A stretch of 64,000 nt of DNA from an uncultured Prevotella sp. (GCA_900320905.1 ONTZ01000013.1:17071-81070), one strand, 5' to 3'; positions 1-11,339 are shown, numbered from the stretch's first letter. The notes: generated from the letters alone by a model not told the origin. A program made the numbers and translations.

Positions 1-1177
1 GATCCCGGAACAGATTGCCGTCCAGAAACTCTTTGTCCATCAGGCAGATATAGACAGCATCGAAGTGACGGATGCAGATGTGGCACAGGATGTGGAACAG
101 ACCATCAGCGGTTGGCTTGAAATGGTGGATGGCTCCCGTGAAAGGCTGGAAGAATATAAGCATCAAACAATTACGGAGATGCGTAACGAGATGCGTGACG
201 AGTTTAAGAATCGTTATAAAGTGCAGAAGATGCGTCAGAAACTGGTTGAGGGCATAGCCGTGACTCCAGCAGACGTGCGCCGATATTTCTCCAATCTTCC
301 GCAAGACAGTCTTCCGTTTGTACAAACAGAGGTGGAGGTGCAGATTATCTGTCAGACCCCTCGTGTCGAAGAAGAGGAAATCAATCGTGTGAAGGAAGAG
401 TTGCGTGAATATACGGACCGTGTGAATAAGGGAGAGTCAACATTCCAGACCTTGGCACGCCTGTATTCCGAAGACCCAGTCTCAGCCCGTCGTGGCGGTG
501 AACTGGGACTAGTGGGTCGTGCTACGCTGGATCCGGCGTTTGCCACAGTGGCTTTCAATCTGACTGACCCCAAAAAGATCTCCAAGATTGTAGAGTCTGA
601 GTTTGGCTATCATATCATCCAATTAGTAGAGAAGCGTGGCGACAAGGTGAACGTCCGACATATTCTGAAAAAGCCCATCGTCTCTGACGAGGCCATCGAG
701 AAGGCCTTGAGCCGGCTGGACTCCATTGCCGATGATATTCGTGCGGGTAAATTCACGTTTGAAGACGGTGCCTCCATGCTGTCTGACGATAAGGACACAC
801 GCAGTAACAAAGGCTTGATGAGCAACTCGCAGTTGCAATTTGGCCGCAGTATCACTTCCCGCTTCCAAATGCAGGACCTTCCTCCTGAGGTGGCTAAGGT
901 GGTTGATACCATGCAGGTCGGACAGATATCGAAGCCTTTCCAGATGATTAACCAGAAGGAAAAGACCGTCTGTGTGATTGCCAAGTTGAAGAGTCGTGTC
1001 GACGGTCACAGGGCCAATATCAGTGATGATTATCAGGTGTTGAAGGAAGTGGTTCTTAACAAACGCCGTGAGGAATTTCTTCATAAGTGGGTCGTGGATA
1101 AGATAAAGGGTGTATACACCCGTCTGAATGACAACTATCGTGACTGTAAATTTGAGTACGAGGGCTGGATCAAGTGA
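1..1177 (+). CDS. surA: Peptidylprolyl isomerase, SurA-like (5' partial)
   Basis: Frame is open from position 2. Two parvulin-like domains (SEDPVSARRGGELG, SEFGYHIIQ). Sits upstream of the OstA-like gene and mutL, as in Bacteroidales. Confidence 0.8.
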   Translation, partial: IPEQIAVQKLFVHQADIDSIEVTDADVAQDVEQTISGWLEMVDGSRERLEEYKHQTITEMRNEMRDEFKNRYKVQKMRQKLVEGIAVTPADVRRYFSNLPQDSLPFVQTEVEVQIICQTPRVEEEEINRVKEELREYTDRVNKGESTFQTLARLYSEDPVSARRGGELGLVGRATLDPAFATVAFNLTDPKKISKIVESEFGYHIIQLVEKRGDKVNVRHILKKPIVSDEAIEKALSRLDSIADDIRAGKFTFEDGASMLSDDKDTRSNKGLMSNSQLQFGRSITSRFQMQDLPPEVAKVVDTMQVGQISKPFQMINQKEKTVCVIAKLKSRVDGHRANISDDYQVLKEVVLNKRREEFLHKWVVDKIKGVYTRLNDNYRDCKFEYEGWIK

Positions 1178-2775
1178 AAAAGGCTGTATATTTCCTGATG
1201 TTTGTGCTTTTCCTGTCCGTGGCGGGAGCCGGTGCCCAGAAGAACCGTACCCGGAAGCGTCCTGCCCGTAAGACGAGGGTGCAAGACACACGCGTCTATC
1301 TGGTTCATGCCGATGTACTCCATTTCGACCAGTACAAGAATCCCGATGCGACCATCCTTAATGGAAAGGTGCACTTCACCCATGTCGGAGCCAGACTCTA
1401 TTGTGATAGTGCCTATTTCTATGAGGCCAGCAATTCCTTTGAGGCCTTCGGTCATGTGAAGATGTATCAGGGCGACACCCTCTCCCTTGTCAGCGATTAT
1501 GCCTATTATGACGGTAATGAACAGATTGCACGAGCCCGTTATAATGTGGTTTTGAAAAACAGGAAGACAACGCTCTATACGGACAGCCTTGACTTTGACC
1601 GTCTGTATGACAATGCCTATTTCTTTGAAGGCGGCAAGATGGTTGACGGTAACACGACACTGACATCCGACTGGGGGGAATATAATACGAAGACCAAGAT
1701 GTCGGTGTTTAACTACGATGTGAAGATGAAGAGTCCGAAGTTCTATTTGACGACGGACACACTTTATTATGACAATGCACGTTCCATGGCACATATAGTA
1801 GGTCCTTCGAACATCACGTCAGGGAATAGCCATATCTATTCTGAACAAGGCTATTATGACACGAAGAACGAACAGGCCCGATTGATGGAACGGTCTGTGC
1901 TCGATAATGAAGGAAAGACCTTGGTGGGTGACAGTGTCTTTTATGACAGCAAACAGGGATTCAGTCAGGCTTTCCGCAACATCATCTATGTGGATTCCGT
2001 CAATAAGAACAAGTTGACAGGCAACTATGGGGAGTATTATGAGAACACCGGTTTTGCCCTTTGTACAGACAGTGCGGTGGCCATTGACTATTCACAGGGT
2101 GACTCGCTCTATATGCATGCCGATACTTTTAAGATTGTGACCTATAATATAGAGACGGATTCCGCCTACCGGAAAATCTATGCCTTCCATAAGGTCAGGG
2201 CTTACAGAACTGATGTGCAGGCCGTCTGTGATTCCTTGGTGTATAACTCATTAGATTCTTGTATGACGATGTATACGGATCCGATTGTATGGAACAACAA
2301 CCAGCAATTGTTGGGCGACAAGATACAGGTTTTCTTGAAGGACTCTGTCATTGACAGGGCTCATGTTATCGGGAATGCGTTCTCCATCCAACAACTCCGA
2401 AGTGACACGTCCTGCTACAATCAGATATCCTCCAAAGAGATGTTTGCCTATTTCATTGACGGGAATATCCATGAGACACAGGCCAAGGATCAGGTCATCA
2501 TCGGCTATTACTTCGAGGAAGGTGACACCGTACCTATTATATATAATTATCAGGAAACCACAGAACTGAAAATGTTCCTCAAAGACCGGAAGTTGCAGAG
2601 TGTTTGGACTCCGAAAACCAGCGGTACGATGTATCCGCTCAACCAGATACCAGCCAACAAAAAACAATTGGATGGCTTTGCTTGGTATGACGAGGTCCGT
2701 CCCCGTAATCGTTATGACATCTTTGTATGGCGCTCGAAGAAGAATGACAGATATAATACAACTGCTTCCCGATAG
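1174..2775 (+). CDS. OstA/LptA-like beta-jellyroll protein
   Basis: Signal peptide and repeated [21 protein letters not shown] beta motifs; GTG start overlaps the upstream stop. Confidence 0.8.
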   Translation: MKKAVYFLMFVLFLSVAGAGAQKNRTRKRPARKTRVQDTRVYLVHADVLHFDQYKNPDATILNGKVHFTHVGARLYCDSAYFYEASNSFEAFGHVKMYQGDTLSLVSDYAYYDGNEQIARARYNVVLKNRKTTLYTDSLDFDRLYDNAYFFEGGKMVDGNTTLTSDWGEYNTKTKMSVFNYDVKMKSPKFYLTTDTLYYDNARSMAHIVGPSNITSGNSHIYSEQGYYDTKNEQARLMERSVLDNEGKTLVGDSVFYDSKQGFSQAFRNIIYVDSVNKNKLTGNYGEYYENTGFALCTDSAVAIDYSQGDSLYMHADTFKIVTYNIETDSAYRKIYAFHKVRAYRTDVQAVCDSLVYNSLDSCMTMYTDPIVWNNNQQLLGDKIQVFLKDSVIDRAHVIGNAFSIQQLRSDTSCYNQISSKEMFAYFIDGNIHETQAKDQVIIGYYFEEGDTVPIIYNYQETTELKMFLKDRKLQSVWTPKTSGTMYPLNQIPANKKQLDGFAWYDEVRPRNRYDIFVWRSKKNDRYNTTASR

Positions 2776-4579
2776 TGTTGCCAACCAGATTGCTGCTGGT
2801 GAGGTGATACAGCGTCCGGCTTCCGTTATCAAGGAGTTGGTTGAGAACGCTGTGGATGCCGAGGCCAAAACCATCCATGTGTTGGTGGTCGATGCCGGGC
2901 GTACATCCATTCAGGTGATCGACGATGGCAAAGGCATGTCTGAGACGGATGCGCGTTTGGCCTTTGAGCGTCATGCCACCTCCAAGATCCGCAAGGCAGA
3001 CGACCTCTTCGCCCTGCATACGATGGGCTTTCGCGGAGAGGCACTTGCTTCCATTGCGGCGGTGGCTCAGGTAGAACTCCAGACCCGGACAGCGAGTGAT
3101 GAGATCGGCACGCTGGTGTCTGTCTCCGGTTCAAAGGTGGTCGGGCAGGAGCCGACGTCCTGCCCTGTGGGTAGTAATTTCAAGGTGGAGAACCTCTTTT
3201 TTAATGTGCCGGCTCGCAGGAAGTTCCTCAAAACGAATGCCACGGAACTCAACAATATCCTGACGGCCTTTGAGCGTATCGTCCTCGTCTATCCGGAGAT
3301 CAATTTTACCATGCATAGCAATGGCGTGGAACTGATGAACCTGAAGGCAGGCAGTCTGCGGCAGCGTATCGCCGATGTCTTTGGTCGTCAGTATGGTCAG
3401 AATCTGATACCGGTGGATGTCAATACCGCCATGTGCCGGATCTATGGTTTTGTGGCCAAGCCTGAGCAAGCCAGGAAGAAGGGTGGTTGTGACTATCTCT
3501 TTGTAAACGGTCGTTATATGAAGCATCCTTATTTCCATAAGGCTGTCATTACCGCTTATGACCGATTGATTCAGGATGGTATGCAAATACCCTATTTTCT
3601 CTATTTCGACATCAATCCTGCCGATATAGATGTTAACATCCACCCGACAAAGACGGAGATTAAGTTTGAGAATGAACAAGCCATCTGGCAGATTCTGATG
3701 GCGGCAGTTCGTGATGCGATTGGTAAGTTCTGCGAGGTGCCCACCATTGACTTCGACACCGTGGGTAAGCCCGAGATACCTGTCTATGACCCAGAACGGC
3801 CGATAGCCCCGCCGCAGCCTCATTATAACCCGGACTATAATCCGTTTAAGTCTGCCTCTACATCTCCCAAGAACCCTGTGCCATCAGACTGGCAGAAACT
3901 ATACGACTCCCTGTCGTCTGTTTCTTTTCAGCGGCCTTCCGACCATTCCCCGTCAGATCTGTTTGACTCGTCGGAGATTTCCCCTGTCACCACTGTTCCG
4001 GAGATGATTGCAGAAAAGTCGCCCGTCCATTATCAGTTCAAGGGGAAATATGTCATGACGGCGGTAAAATCGGGTCTGATGATTATCGACCAGTATCGTG
4101 CCGACATCCGGATACTCTATGAGAAATATATGGAACAGCAGCGTGCCATGACTAGTGGGTCGCAAAAGTTGCTTTTCCCAGAAACCATTCAGTTTTCGGC
4201 CTCTGATGCTGTGGTGTTTGGCTCCATCCTGCCGACGCTCTCTGGGTTGGGATTTGACCTGAGTGATCTCGGTGGAAATACATACGCCATCAATGGCATC
4301 CCTGCCGGCATCGGGGGGATTGATCCTGTGATGCTGCTGCAACGGATGGTCGCTGATGCCTTGGAGAAGGGCAGGGGAGTGGCGGATGAGATCAATGCCA
4401 CGGTGGCATTGAGTCTGGCACGCAGTGCGGCGATACCATACGGACAGATCCTTAGTAACGAGGAGATGGAGAACTTGGTTAATGAATTGTTTACCTGTTC
4501 AAATGTTAACTACACGCCCGATGGTAAGGCTGTCCTTTGCATCCTTCCACAATCGGATATTGAACAGTTATTAGGGTGA
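2744..4579 (+). CDS. mutL: DNA mismatch repair protein MutL
   Basis: [36 protein letters not shown] and DVNIHPTK motifs; true start is MTDII at 2744. Confidence 0.97.
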   Translation: MTDIIQLLPDSVANQIAAGEVIQRPASVIKELVENAVDAEAKTIHVLVVDAGRTSIQVIDDGKGMSETDARLAFERHATSKIRKADDLFALHTMGFRGEALASIAAVAQVELQTRTASDEIGTLVSVSGSKVVGQEPTSCPVGSNFKVENLFFNVPARRKFLKTNATELNNILTAFERIVLVYPEINFTMHSNGVELMNLKAGSLRQRIADVFGRQYGQNLIPVDVNTAMCRIYGFVAKPEQARKKGGCDYLFVNGRYMKHPYFHKAVITAYDRLIQDGMQIPYFLYFDINPADIDVNIHPTKTEIKFENEQAIWQILMAAVRDAIGKFCEVPTIDFDTVGKPEIPVYDPERPIAPPQPHYNPDYNPFKSASTSPKNPVPSDWQKLYDSLSSVSFQRPSDHSPSDLFDSSEISPVTTVPEMIAEKSPVHYQFKGKYVMTAVKSGLMIIDQYRADIRILYEKYMEQQRAMTSGSQKLLFPETIQFSASDAVVFGSILPTLSGLGFDLSDLGGNTYAINGIPAGIGGIDPVMLLQRMVADALEKGRGVADEINATVALSLARSAAIPYGQILSNEEMENLVNELFTCSNVNYTPDGKAVLCILPQSDIEQLLG

Positions 4580-4647
4580 TTTTGTTAAAAAACGTCAATG
4601 AAAAGCAACTTTTCACTTTTCACTTTTCGCTATTCACTTTTTTGTTG

Positions 4648-4655
4648 TACCTTTG
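4648..4655 (+). promoter_or_regulatory. Bacteroidetes -7 promoter box for tRNA-Val
   Basis: TACCTTTG matches TAnnTTTG, 19 nt before the tRNA. Confidence 0.75.
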
Positions 4656-4674
4656 CACCCGCAAAACGAAAAGA

Positions 4675-4749
4675 GGGCGTTTAGCTCAGTTGGTTTAGAG
4701 CATCTGCCTTACAAGCAGAGGGTCGGCGGTTCGAATCCGTCAACGCCCA
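4675..4749 (+). tRNA. tRNA-Val (TAC)
   Basis: GGGCGTT/AACGCCC acceptor stem, TAGCTCAG D-arm, TCTGC-CTTACAA-GCAGA anticodon arm and GGTTCGAATCC T-arm. Confidence 0.97.
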
Positions 4750-4760
4750 CGAAAGAGAAG

Positions 4761-4788
4761 CCTCAGAAGAAATTCTGAGGTTTTTTTT
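4761..4788 (+). terminator. Intrinsic terminator after tRNA-Val
   Basis: CCTCAGAA/TTCTGAGG stem followed by T8. Confidence 0.85.
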
Positions 4789-4860
4789 GTTGTTTCAAAA
4801 AAAATGCGTACCTTTGCCCGCATAAACCCAACAAACCCGTAAAACGAAAGACAAAGACTT

Positions 4861-6159
4861 ATGATTTGGAATGAACACGTAGAGTGTATGGATCGCGAGC
4901 AACTTCGCGAGTTACAGAGCCGTCGCCTTGTCAAGATGGCAGAGTATGTGTATTACAACACTCCCTTCTATCGGAAGAAATTTCAGGAGATGGGGCTGGA
5001 GCCAGGCGACATCAAGAGCATCGACGATATCGTGAAACTGCCGTTTACCAACAAACTCGATCTCCGAGACAATTATCCTTTTGGTCTGGCCGCCGTGCCA
5101 ATGAGTCAGATTGTGCGTATTCATGCTTCATCTGGTACGACTGGTAAGCCCGTGGTCGTGCTTTATACCCGTAAGGATCTTGCCATGTGGTCGGAGGCGA
5201 TATCGCGTGCCTTTACCGCCTATGGTGCCGGCAAGGATGATATCTTCCAGGTAGCCTATGGCTACGGTCTCTTTACTGGCGGTCTGGGTGCCCATGACGG
5301 TGCTACGAATATTGGCGCATCCGTGATTCCTATCTCTTCGGGCAATACCCAGAAGCAAATTACCCTGATGCATGATTTCGGAACCACGATTCTCTGCTGT
5401 ACCCCCAGTTACGCGATGTTTCTCGGCGAGGCGCTTGGAGAGTGCGAGTGGAACAGAGATGAGTTTAAACTGAAAGTGGGTGTTTTTGGTGCAGAACCCT
5501 GGACTGAAAAAATGCGCGTTAAACTGGAAGAGTCATTGGGTATCAAAGCCTATGACATCTATGGACTGAGCGAGATTGCCGGTCCCGGTGTGGGCTATGA
5601 GTGCCAGCACCAGTGTGGTACTCACCTTAACGAGGATCTGTTCTACCCGGAAATACTCGATCCCAATACCGGCGAACCATTGCCGGAGGGTACATTCGGT
5701 GAACTGACATTTACCCATCTGACCAAAGAAGGTATGCCGCTGTTACGCTATCGTACCCATGACCTCACTGCTTTGCACTACGAGAAATGTGCTTGTGGCC
5801 GTACGCTTGTCCGTATGGACCGTATCCTTGGCCGTTGCGACGATATGTTAATCATCCGTGGTGTCAATGTGTTCCCGTCGCAGATTGAGGATGTCATCCT
5901 GAAGCAGAAAGAATTCGAGCCGCACTTCCTGCTCATCGTGGATCGTGTGAATAATACCGACACCTCCGAACTCAAAGTCGAGGTCAAGGAAGACTACTTC
6001 ACTGACGACATGTCGACAATGGTCGGTCTGCAAAAGAAACTCGAAGGCGAACTTCGTAGTGTCATTGGCCTGGGATTCAAAGTGCGTCTCGTGGAGCCGA
6101 AGGGCATCGAGCGCTCCGAGGGCAAGGCCAAACGTGTGATAGATAAGCGCCAACTCTAG
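4861..6159 (+). CDS. paaK: Phenylacetate-CoA ligase
   Basis: HASSGTTGKP, YDIYGLSE and DDMLIIRGVNVFPSQIE motifs; TACCTTTG box at 4809. Confidence 0.9.
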   Translation: MIWNEHVECMDREQLRELQSRRLVKMAEYVYYNTPFYRKKFQEMGLEPGDIKSIDDIVKLPFTNKLDLRDNYPFGLAAVPMSQIVRIHASSGTTGKPVVVLYTRKDLAMWSEAISRAFTAYGAGKDDIFQVAYGYGLFTGGLGAHDGATNIGASVIPISSGNTQKQITLMHDFGTTILCCTPSYAMFLGEALGECEWNRDEFKLKVGVFGAEPWTEKMRVKLEESLGIKAYDIYGLSEIAGPGVGYECQHQCGTHLNEDLFYPEILDPNTGEPLPEGTFGELTFTHLTKEGMPLLRYRTHDLTALHYEKCACGRTLVRMDRILGRCDDMLIIRGVNVFPSQIEDVILKQKEFEPHFLLIVDRVNNTDTSELKVEVKEDYFTDDMSTMVGLQKKLEGELRSVIGLGFKVRLVEPKGIERSEGKAKRVIDKRQL

Positions 6160-6160
6160 C

Positions 6161-6217
6161 AATCCTAGGCCGTCCTAGGCCGTCCTAGGCAGACCTAGGT
6201 GATCCTAGATAATCCTA
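6161..6217. repeat. 10-bp period tandem repeat with palindromic CCTAGG core
   Basis: aatcctaggc cgtcctaggc cgtcctaggc agacctaggt gatcctagat aatccta. Confidence 0.9.
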
Positions 6218-6232
6218 AAAAAACAATATAAA

Positions 6233-6658
6233 ATGAAAGCAAAACAATTAAGTATTTTCCTCGAGAATAAGTCTGGCCGACTTACCGAGGTAACAGATGT
6301 TCTTGGCGAGGCAGGCGTCAACCTCTCAGCCATGAGTATTGCCGACAACAGTGACTTCGGCATCCTTCGTTGTATCGTTTCTGATCCGGAGAAAGCCTAC
6401 CAGGTGTTGAAAGAGGCTCATTTTGCCGTTAAGATTACTGATGTCATCGGCTTTGTATGTCCGAACACGAGCGGTTCGCTGGCTGTCGTACTGAGATACC
6501 TTTCCCAGAAAGGCATCTTCATTGAGTATATGTATTCATTTGCCAATGGTGATGTGGCTCACGTGGTGATTCGTCCTACCGACCTTGATGCCTGTGAGCG
6601 TGTTCTGGAAGAGAAAAAGGTAGAACTGATGGCTGCAAACGACCTCTACCAGTTGTAA
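6233..6658 (+). CDS. Tandem ACT-domain protein (PaaK-associated)
   Basis: KQLSIFLENKSGRL and IEYMYSF motifs; typical partner of paaK. Confidence 0.88.
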   Translation: MKAKQLSIFLENKSGRLTEVTDVLGEAGVNLSAMSIADNSDFGILRCIVSDPEKAYQVLKEAHFAVKITDVIGFVCPNTSGSLAVVLRYLSQKGIFIEYMYSFANGDVAHVVIRPTDLDACERVLEEKKVELMAANDLYQL

Positions 6659-6676
6659 ACAGGGTATAATACTTGG

Positions 6677-6715
6677 CGAATCTGCAAGTTTTTCGTGAGA
6701 AAATTTTGCAGATTC
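6677..6715 (+). terminator. Hairpin, probable terminator of paaK-ACT
   Basis: CGAATCTGCAA/TTGCAGATTCG stem, followed by a T-run and the purB -7 box (6728-6735). Confidence 0.65.
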
Positions 6716-6785
6716 GATTTTTATCCTTACCTTTGCAGCCCAAATGACACACTGAATAAAGGATAATTATCGATAATTAGGAAAA

Positions 6786-8132
6786 ATGGATTTAAGTTTA
6801 CTGACAGCCATCTCGCCTATAGATGGCCGCTACAGAGGCAAGACGGAACCATTGGCAGAGTACTTTTCGGAATATGCGCTGATCCGCTATCGGGTGCGTG
6901 TGGAGATTGAGTATTTCATCTCTCTTTGCGAACTGCCATTGCCGCAATTGGAAGATTTCAACCATAGCCTGTTTGATAGGCTCCGCGATATCTATCGCAA
7001 CCTGACTCCTGCCGAGGCGCAGCGTGTGAAGGACATCGAGAAGGTGACTAATCACGACGTCAAGGCTGTTGAATATTTCATCAAGGAGGAATTCGACAAA
7101 ATGGGGGGATTGGAACGGTATAAGGAGTTTATTCATTTCGGTCTGACCTCACAGGATATTAACAATACCTCAGTCCCCCTTTCTGTCAAGGAGGCTTTGG
7201 AGAATGTGTATTATCCCTTGGTGGAGGAACTGATTGAGCAACTCCATGACTATGCAGAGGAATGGAAGATGATACCAATGCTTGCCAAGACTCATGGACA
7301 GCCTGCTTCTCCTACCCGTCTGGGCAAGGAGGTGATGGTTTATGTCTATCGCCTGGAGGAGCAGTTGCGTGGCTTGAAGGAGATACCGGTGACGGCGAAG
7401 TTCGGAGGTGCCACGGGTAATTACAATGCTCACCATGTGGCCTATCCCCAGTATGACTGGCGGGAGTTTGGCAATCAGTTCGTTAGTGAGAAACTGGGCC
7501 TGGAGCGTGAACAATATACCACGCAAATCTCCAACTATGACTGGCTGGGGGCTATTTTCGATGCCATGCGGCGTATCAACACCATTGTCATCGACCTTGA
7601 CCGTGACTTTTGGATGTATATCTCCATGGACTATTTCAAGCAGAAGATCAAGGCTGGCGAGGTGGGTAGCAGTGCCATGCCGCATAAGGTGAACCCAATC
7701 GACTACGAGAACTCGGAGGGCAATCTTGGCATTGCCAATGCCGTGTTACAGTTCCTGGCACAGAAGTTGCCAGTCAGCCGTCTGCAACGCGACCTGACCG
7801 ACTCTACTGTCCTGCGTAATGTAGGGGTACCGATGGGGCATGCTCTCATTGCCTTCCAAAGCACGTTAAAGGGACTGCGCAAGTTGATCCTTAACGAGGA
7901 GAAGTTGCAAGAAGATCTCGATAATACCTGGGCTGTGGTGGCAGAGGGTATTCAGACCATTCTTCGTCGTGAGGCATATCCACATCCCTACGAGGCATTG
8001 AAGGCCCTGACCCGAACCAATCAGAAGATGACGGAGCAGACCATCCGTGAATTTATCGAGACACTCGATGTCAGTGCATCCGTCAAGGAAGAGTTGCGGG
8101 CCATAACCCCTTCTACCTATACAGGTATTTAA
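6786..8132 (+). CDS. purB: Adenylosuccinate lyase
   Basis: ISPIDGRY, TNHDVKAVEY and GSSAMPHKVNPIDYENSEGN motifs. Confidence 0.97.
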   Translation: MDLSLLTAISPIDGRYRGKTEPLAEYFSEYALIRYRVRVEIEYFISLCELPLPQLEDFNHSLFDRLRDIYRNLTPAEAQRVKDIEKVTNHDVKAVEYFIKEEFDKMGGLERYKEFIHFGLTSQDINNTSVPLSVKEALENVYYPLVEELIEQLHDYAEEWKMIPMLAKTHGQPASPTRLGKEVMVYVYRLEEQLRGLKEIPVTAKFGGATGNYNAHHVAYPQYDWREFGNQFVSEKLGLEREQYTTQISNYDWLGAIFDAMRRINTIVIDLDRDFWMYISMDYFKQKIKAGEVGSSAMPHKVNPIDYENSEGNLGIANAVLQFLAQKLPVSRLQRDLTDSTVLRNVGVPMGHALIAFQSTLKGLRKLILNEEKLQEDLDNTWAVVAEGIQTILRREAYPHPYEALKALTRTNQKMTEQTIREFIETLDVSASVKEELRAITPSTYTGI

Positions 8133-8183
8133 TTATATTATATACATATATTATATATAGAATGTTTTAGATTATTAAGTAAA

Positions 8184-9533
8184 ATGGATTTCGAGAACGA
8201 AAAGAAACAAGAAGAAACACCAAAAGATGGTTTTCAGAGAGAACAGCGTGAATTCCGTCCGGGTCGCTCACCGCGCCCACGTATTCACAGCGGACAGCGT
8301 CCAGCCTATGAGCGTCCGAGTTACAACAATCATGAAGAGGATGAGGGCGGCTTCCGTCCGGAAGGTTTTGGTGCAGGTCTGCAGAGTGGCACACCTCAGC
8401 GCCCCAGTTATCGCCCGAGGACAGGTGGCTATAACCAGCAAGGAGGCTACAACCGTCAGCCCCGTGAGGGAGGTTACAACCGTCAGCCCCGTGAAGGAGG
8501 CTTCCTGCCTCGTCAGGGTGGCTACAATGGCAATCGCCCTGCTTACGGTGCTCCGCAGCGTGGTGGATTCCAGCCCCGTCAACCCCGTGAGGGCGGTTAC
8601 AATCAGCAGGGGGGCTATCAGTCTCGTGGTTACCAGCCGCGTCCCGAAAGTGATTATGGACAGAAACCCCGAAGCGGTTATAACCCCAATTATCCTAACA
8701 AGCCCTATAAGCCATTTAAGAAGAATGTTCGCCCCCATTCGGCCGACTATGATCCGAATGCCAAGTATAGCATGAAGAAGCGTATCGAATATAAGGAAGT
8801 CAATTATGATCCCAACGAGCCGCTTCGTCTGAATAAGTACTTGGCTAATGCCGGTGTCTGTAGCCGTCGTGAAGCCGATGAGTTCATTCAGGCTGGTGTG
8901 GTGACGGTCAACGGTCAGGTAGTGACCGAACTGGGTACGAAGATTCTCCGTACCGATGAGGTTCGTTTCCACGATCAGCCTGTCACCATCGAGAAGAAAG
9001 TATATGTCTTGCTGAACAAGCCGAAGGACTATGTGACGACAAGTGATGATCCTCAGCAGCGTAAGACGGTGATGGATCTGGTGAAGAATGCTTGCACGGA
9101 GCGTATCTATCCTGTCGGTCGTCTGGATAGGAACACCACTGGCGTGCTCTTGCTCACGAACGATGGTGATATGGCCTCAAAACTGACCCACCCGAAATAT
9201 CTCAAGAAGAAGATCTACCATGTCTTCCTCGATAAGGCCTGTGCGGCTCACGATCTCCAGCAGATCGCCGAAGGCATCCAACTCGAGGATGGCGAGATCA
9301 AGGCCGACGATGTGCAGTATGCCCATCCTACTGACAAGAAACAGATAGGCATTGAGATTCATTCTGGTAAGAACCGTATTGTACGCCGTATCTTTGAAAG
9401 CCTCGGCTATAAGGTAGTGAAACTGGATCGCGTGCAGTTTGCCGGTCTCACCAAGAAAAACCTGAAGCGCGGCGACTGGCGCTATCTCACAGAGGAAGAG
9501 GTCGACCGTCTCCGCATGGGCGCTTATGAGTAA
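8184..9533 (+). CDS. Pseudouridine synthase (RluB/RsuA family) with long G/Y/Q/R-rich N-terminal extension
   Basis: S4 domain (RLNKYLANAGVCSRREAD), catalytic VGRLD motif and LLNKP. Confidence 0.92.
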   Translation: MDFENEKKQEETPKDGFQREQREFRPGRSPRPRIHSGQRPAYERPSYNNHEEDEGGFRPEGFGAGLQSGTPQRPSYRPRTGGYNQQGGYNRQPREGGYNRQPREGGFLPRQGGYNGNRPAYGAPQRGGFQPRQPREGGYNQQGGYQSRGYQPRPESDYGQKPRSGYNPNYPNKPYKPFKKNVRPHSADYDPNAKYSMKKRIEYKEVNYDPNEPLRLNKYLANAGVCSRREADEFIQAGVVTVNGQVVTELGTKILRTDEVRFHDQPVTIEKKVYVLLNKPKDYVTTSDDPQQRKTVMDLVKNACTERIYPVGRLDRNTTGVLLLTNDGDMASKLTHPKYLKKKIYHVFLDKACAAHDLQQIAEGIQLEDGEIKADDVQYAHPTDKKQIGIEIHSGKNRIVRRIFESLGYKVVKLDRVQFAGLTKKNLKRGDWRYLTEEEVDRLRMGAYE

Positions 9534-9534
9534 T

Positions 9535-9593
9535 AATCCTAGGCTATCCTAGGCAGTCCTAGGTGATCCTAGGTTGTCCTAGGGGAACCTGGT
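9535..9593. repeat. 10-bp period CCTAGG tandem repeat (second locus)
   Basis: CCTAGG at 9538, 9548, 9558, 9568 and 9578. Confidence 0.9.
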
Positions 9594-9606
9594 AAAAATA
9601 GAAATA

Positions 9607-11028
9607 ATGAAACGAACAAAAATAATCGATGTTTTAAAATCGACTGAATATGGCAAGGAGATTTGCGTGAAGGGCTGGGTGCGATCGCATCGTGGCAGCA
9701 AGAACGTTGATTTCATTGCCCTCAATGATGGCTCGACTATCAAGAACGTTCAGATTGTGGTCGATCCGGCAAAGTTTGATGATGAGTTGCTCAGACAGAT
9801 TACCACAGGTGCCTGCATCTGTGCTGAGGGTACCCTCGTCGAGAGCCAGGGTGCTGGACAGAGCAGTGAGGTACAGGCCACACGTCTGGAAGTCTATGGC
9901 CTTTGCGGTAGTGACTATCCTATGCAGAAGAAGGGACAGTCGTTTGAGATGATGCGCAAGAATGCCCACATGCGTCTGCGTACCAATACCTTCGGGGCCG
10001 TGATGCGCATCCGCCATAATATGGCGATGGCTATCCATACTTATTTCCATGAACATGGATTCTTCTACTTCCATACCCCGCTGATTACGGCCAGTGACTG
10101 TGAAGGTGCCGGAAACATGTTTCAGGTGACCACGAAGAATCTCTATGACTTGAAGAAGGATGAGAACGGGAAGATCCTCTATGACGATGACTTCTTTGGT
10201 GAACAGACCTCGCTCACCGTCTCTGGTCAGTTGGAGGGTGAACTCGGTGCCACTGCACTGGGTGCCATCTATACCTTTGGTCCGACATTCCGTGCAGAGA
10301 ATAGTAATACCCCACGCCATCTGGCTGAGTTCTGGATGATAGAGCCCGAGGTGGCCTTTCTCGATCAGGAAGGACTGATGGATTTAGAAGAGGACTTCAT
10401 CAAATATTGTGTTCGTTGGGCACTCGACAACTGCAAGGACGACTTGCAGTTCCTGAACCAGATGATCGACAAGACTCTTATTACTCGTCTTGAAGGTGTG
10501 CTCAAGGAGTCTTTCATCCGCTTGCCTTATACCGAGGGTATCAATATCTTGCAGGAGGCTATCAAGAATGGCAAGAAGTTTGAGTTCCCCTGCAACTGGG
10601 GCGACGATCTGGCTTCAGAGCATGAGCGTTACCTTGTGGAGGAACACTTTAGGAAACCGGTCATCATGACAGACTATCCCGCTGCCATCAAGGCCTTCTA
10701 TATGAAACAGAATGGTACGGTAGGCTATAAAGGTTCCACTGCCCCCGGTCCCACCATGCAGGGCACCGACGTCCTCTTCCCGCAGATTGGTGAGATCATC
10801 GGTGGCTCCGTCCGTGAGGAAAGTTATGACAAACTGATGGCAGAGATCAACCGTCGTGGTATGGAGACCGATAAACTATGGTGGTATCTGGATACCCGTC
10901 GTTGGGGATCCTGTCCGCACGCTGGCTTCGGACTCGGTTTTGAGCGTCTGATTCTTTTCGTGACTGGAATGCAGAATATTCGTGACGTTATTCCGTTCCC
11001 AAGAACTCCAAAATCGGCAGAGTTTTAG
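9607..11028 (+). CDS. asnS: Asparagine--tRNA ligase
   Basis: [34 protein letters not shown] and GFGLGFERL motifs. Confidence 0.98.
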   Translation: MKRTKIIDVLKSTEYGKEICVKGWVRSHRGSKNVDFIALNDGSTIKNVQIVVDPAKFDDELLRQITTGACICAEGTLVESQGAGQSSEVQATRLEVYGLCGSDYPMQKKGQSFEMMRKNAHMRLRTNTFGAVMRIRHNMAMAIHTYFHEHGFFYFHTPLITASDCEGAGNMFQVTTKNLYDLKKDENGKILYDDDFFGEQTSLTVSGQLEGELGATALGAIYTFGPTFRAENSNTPRHLAEFWMIEPEVAFLDQEGLMDLEEDFIKYCVRWALDNCKDDLQFLNQMIDKTLITRLEGVLKESFIRLPYTEGINILQEAIKNGKKFEFPCNWGDDLASEHERYLVEEHFRKPVIMTDYPAAIKAFYMKQNGTVGYKGSTAPGPTMQGTDVLFPQIGEIIGGSVREESYDKLMAEINRRGMETDKLWWYLDTRRWGSCPHAGFGLGFERLILFVTGMQNIRDVIPFPRTPKSAEF

Positions 11029-11088
11029 TCGTCCTACCGATGATTTAAGGTTTTTTTGCTATAAAAATGCAAAAAAAAGCAAAGAATA

Positions 11089-11119
11089 TTTGAACATTAA
11101 AAATAAAATATTACTTTTG
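11089..11119 (+). promoter_or_regulatory. Distal promoter P1 of the surface lipoprotein operon
   Basis: TTTG (-33) at 11089 and TACTTTTG (-7) at 11112, 19-nt spacer. Confidence 0.65.
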
Positions 11120-11339
11120 CACCCGAAAATCATAAACGAGGATCAATAAATGAGTCTCTTTAATAATATAATAAGGTAATAGGAGGACCTTTCGGACTAC
11201 GAAACAGAAACAATGACAGTCAAATGTGTGCAAACCCCGATGTATAAACGGAATTTCGCGCTAAAAACGCTATTTTTTCGATGAATTGCCCTGAAAATGG
11301 CATTATTTTGCTGTTTTTTATAAAAAAAAGACGAAAATG

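Noticed and set aside
2600-2743. N-terminal extension of MutL, and similar ORF-track extensions of pepD, the ABC ATPase, the R-M gene and VapE
   Set aside because: The extensions overlap upstream genes or promoters, and family-like sequence begins at the downstream Met.
4861-6658. Aerobic phenylacetate catabolic cluster
   Set aside because: Only paaK and an ACT gene are present (a PaaI-family gene is 42 kb away) and paaABCDE is absent. This is an ordinary Bacteroidales arrangement.
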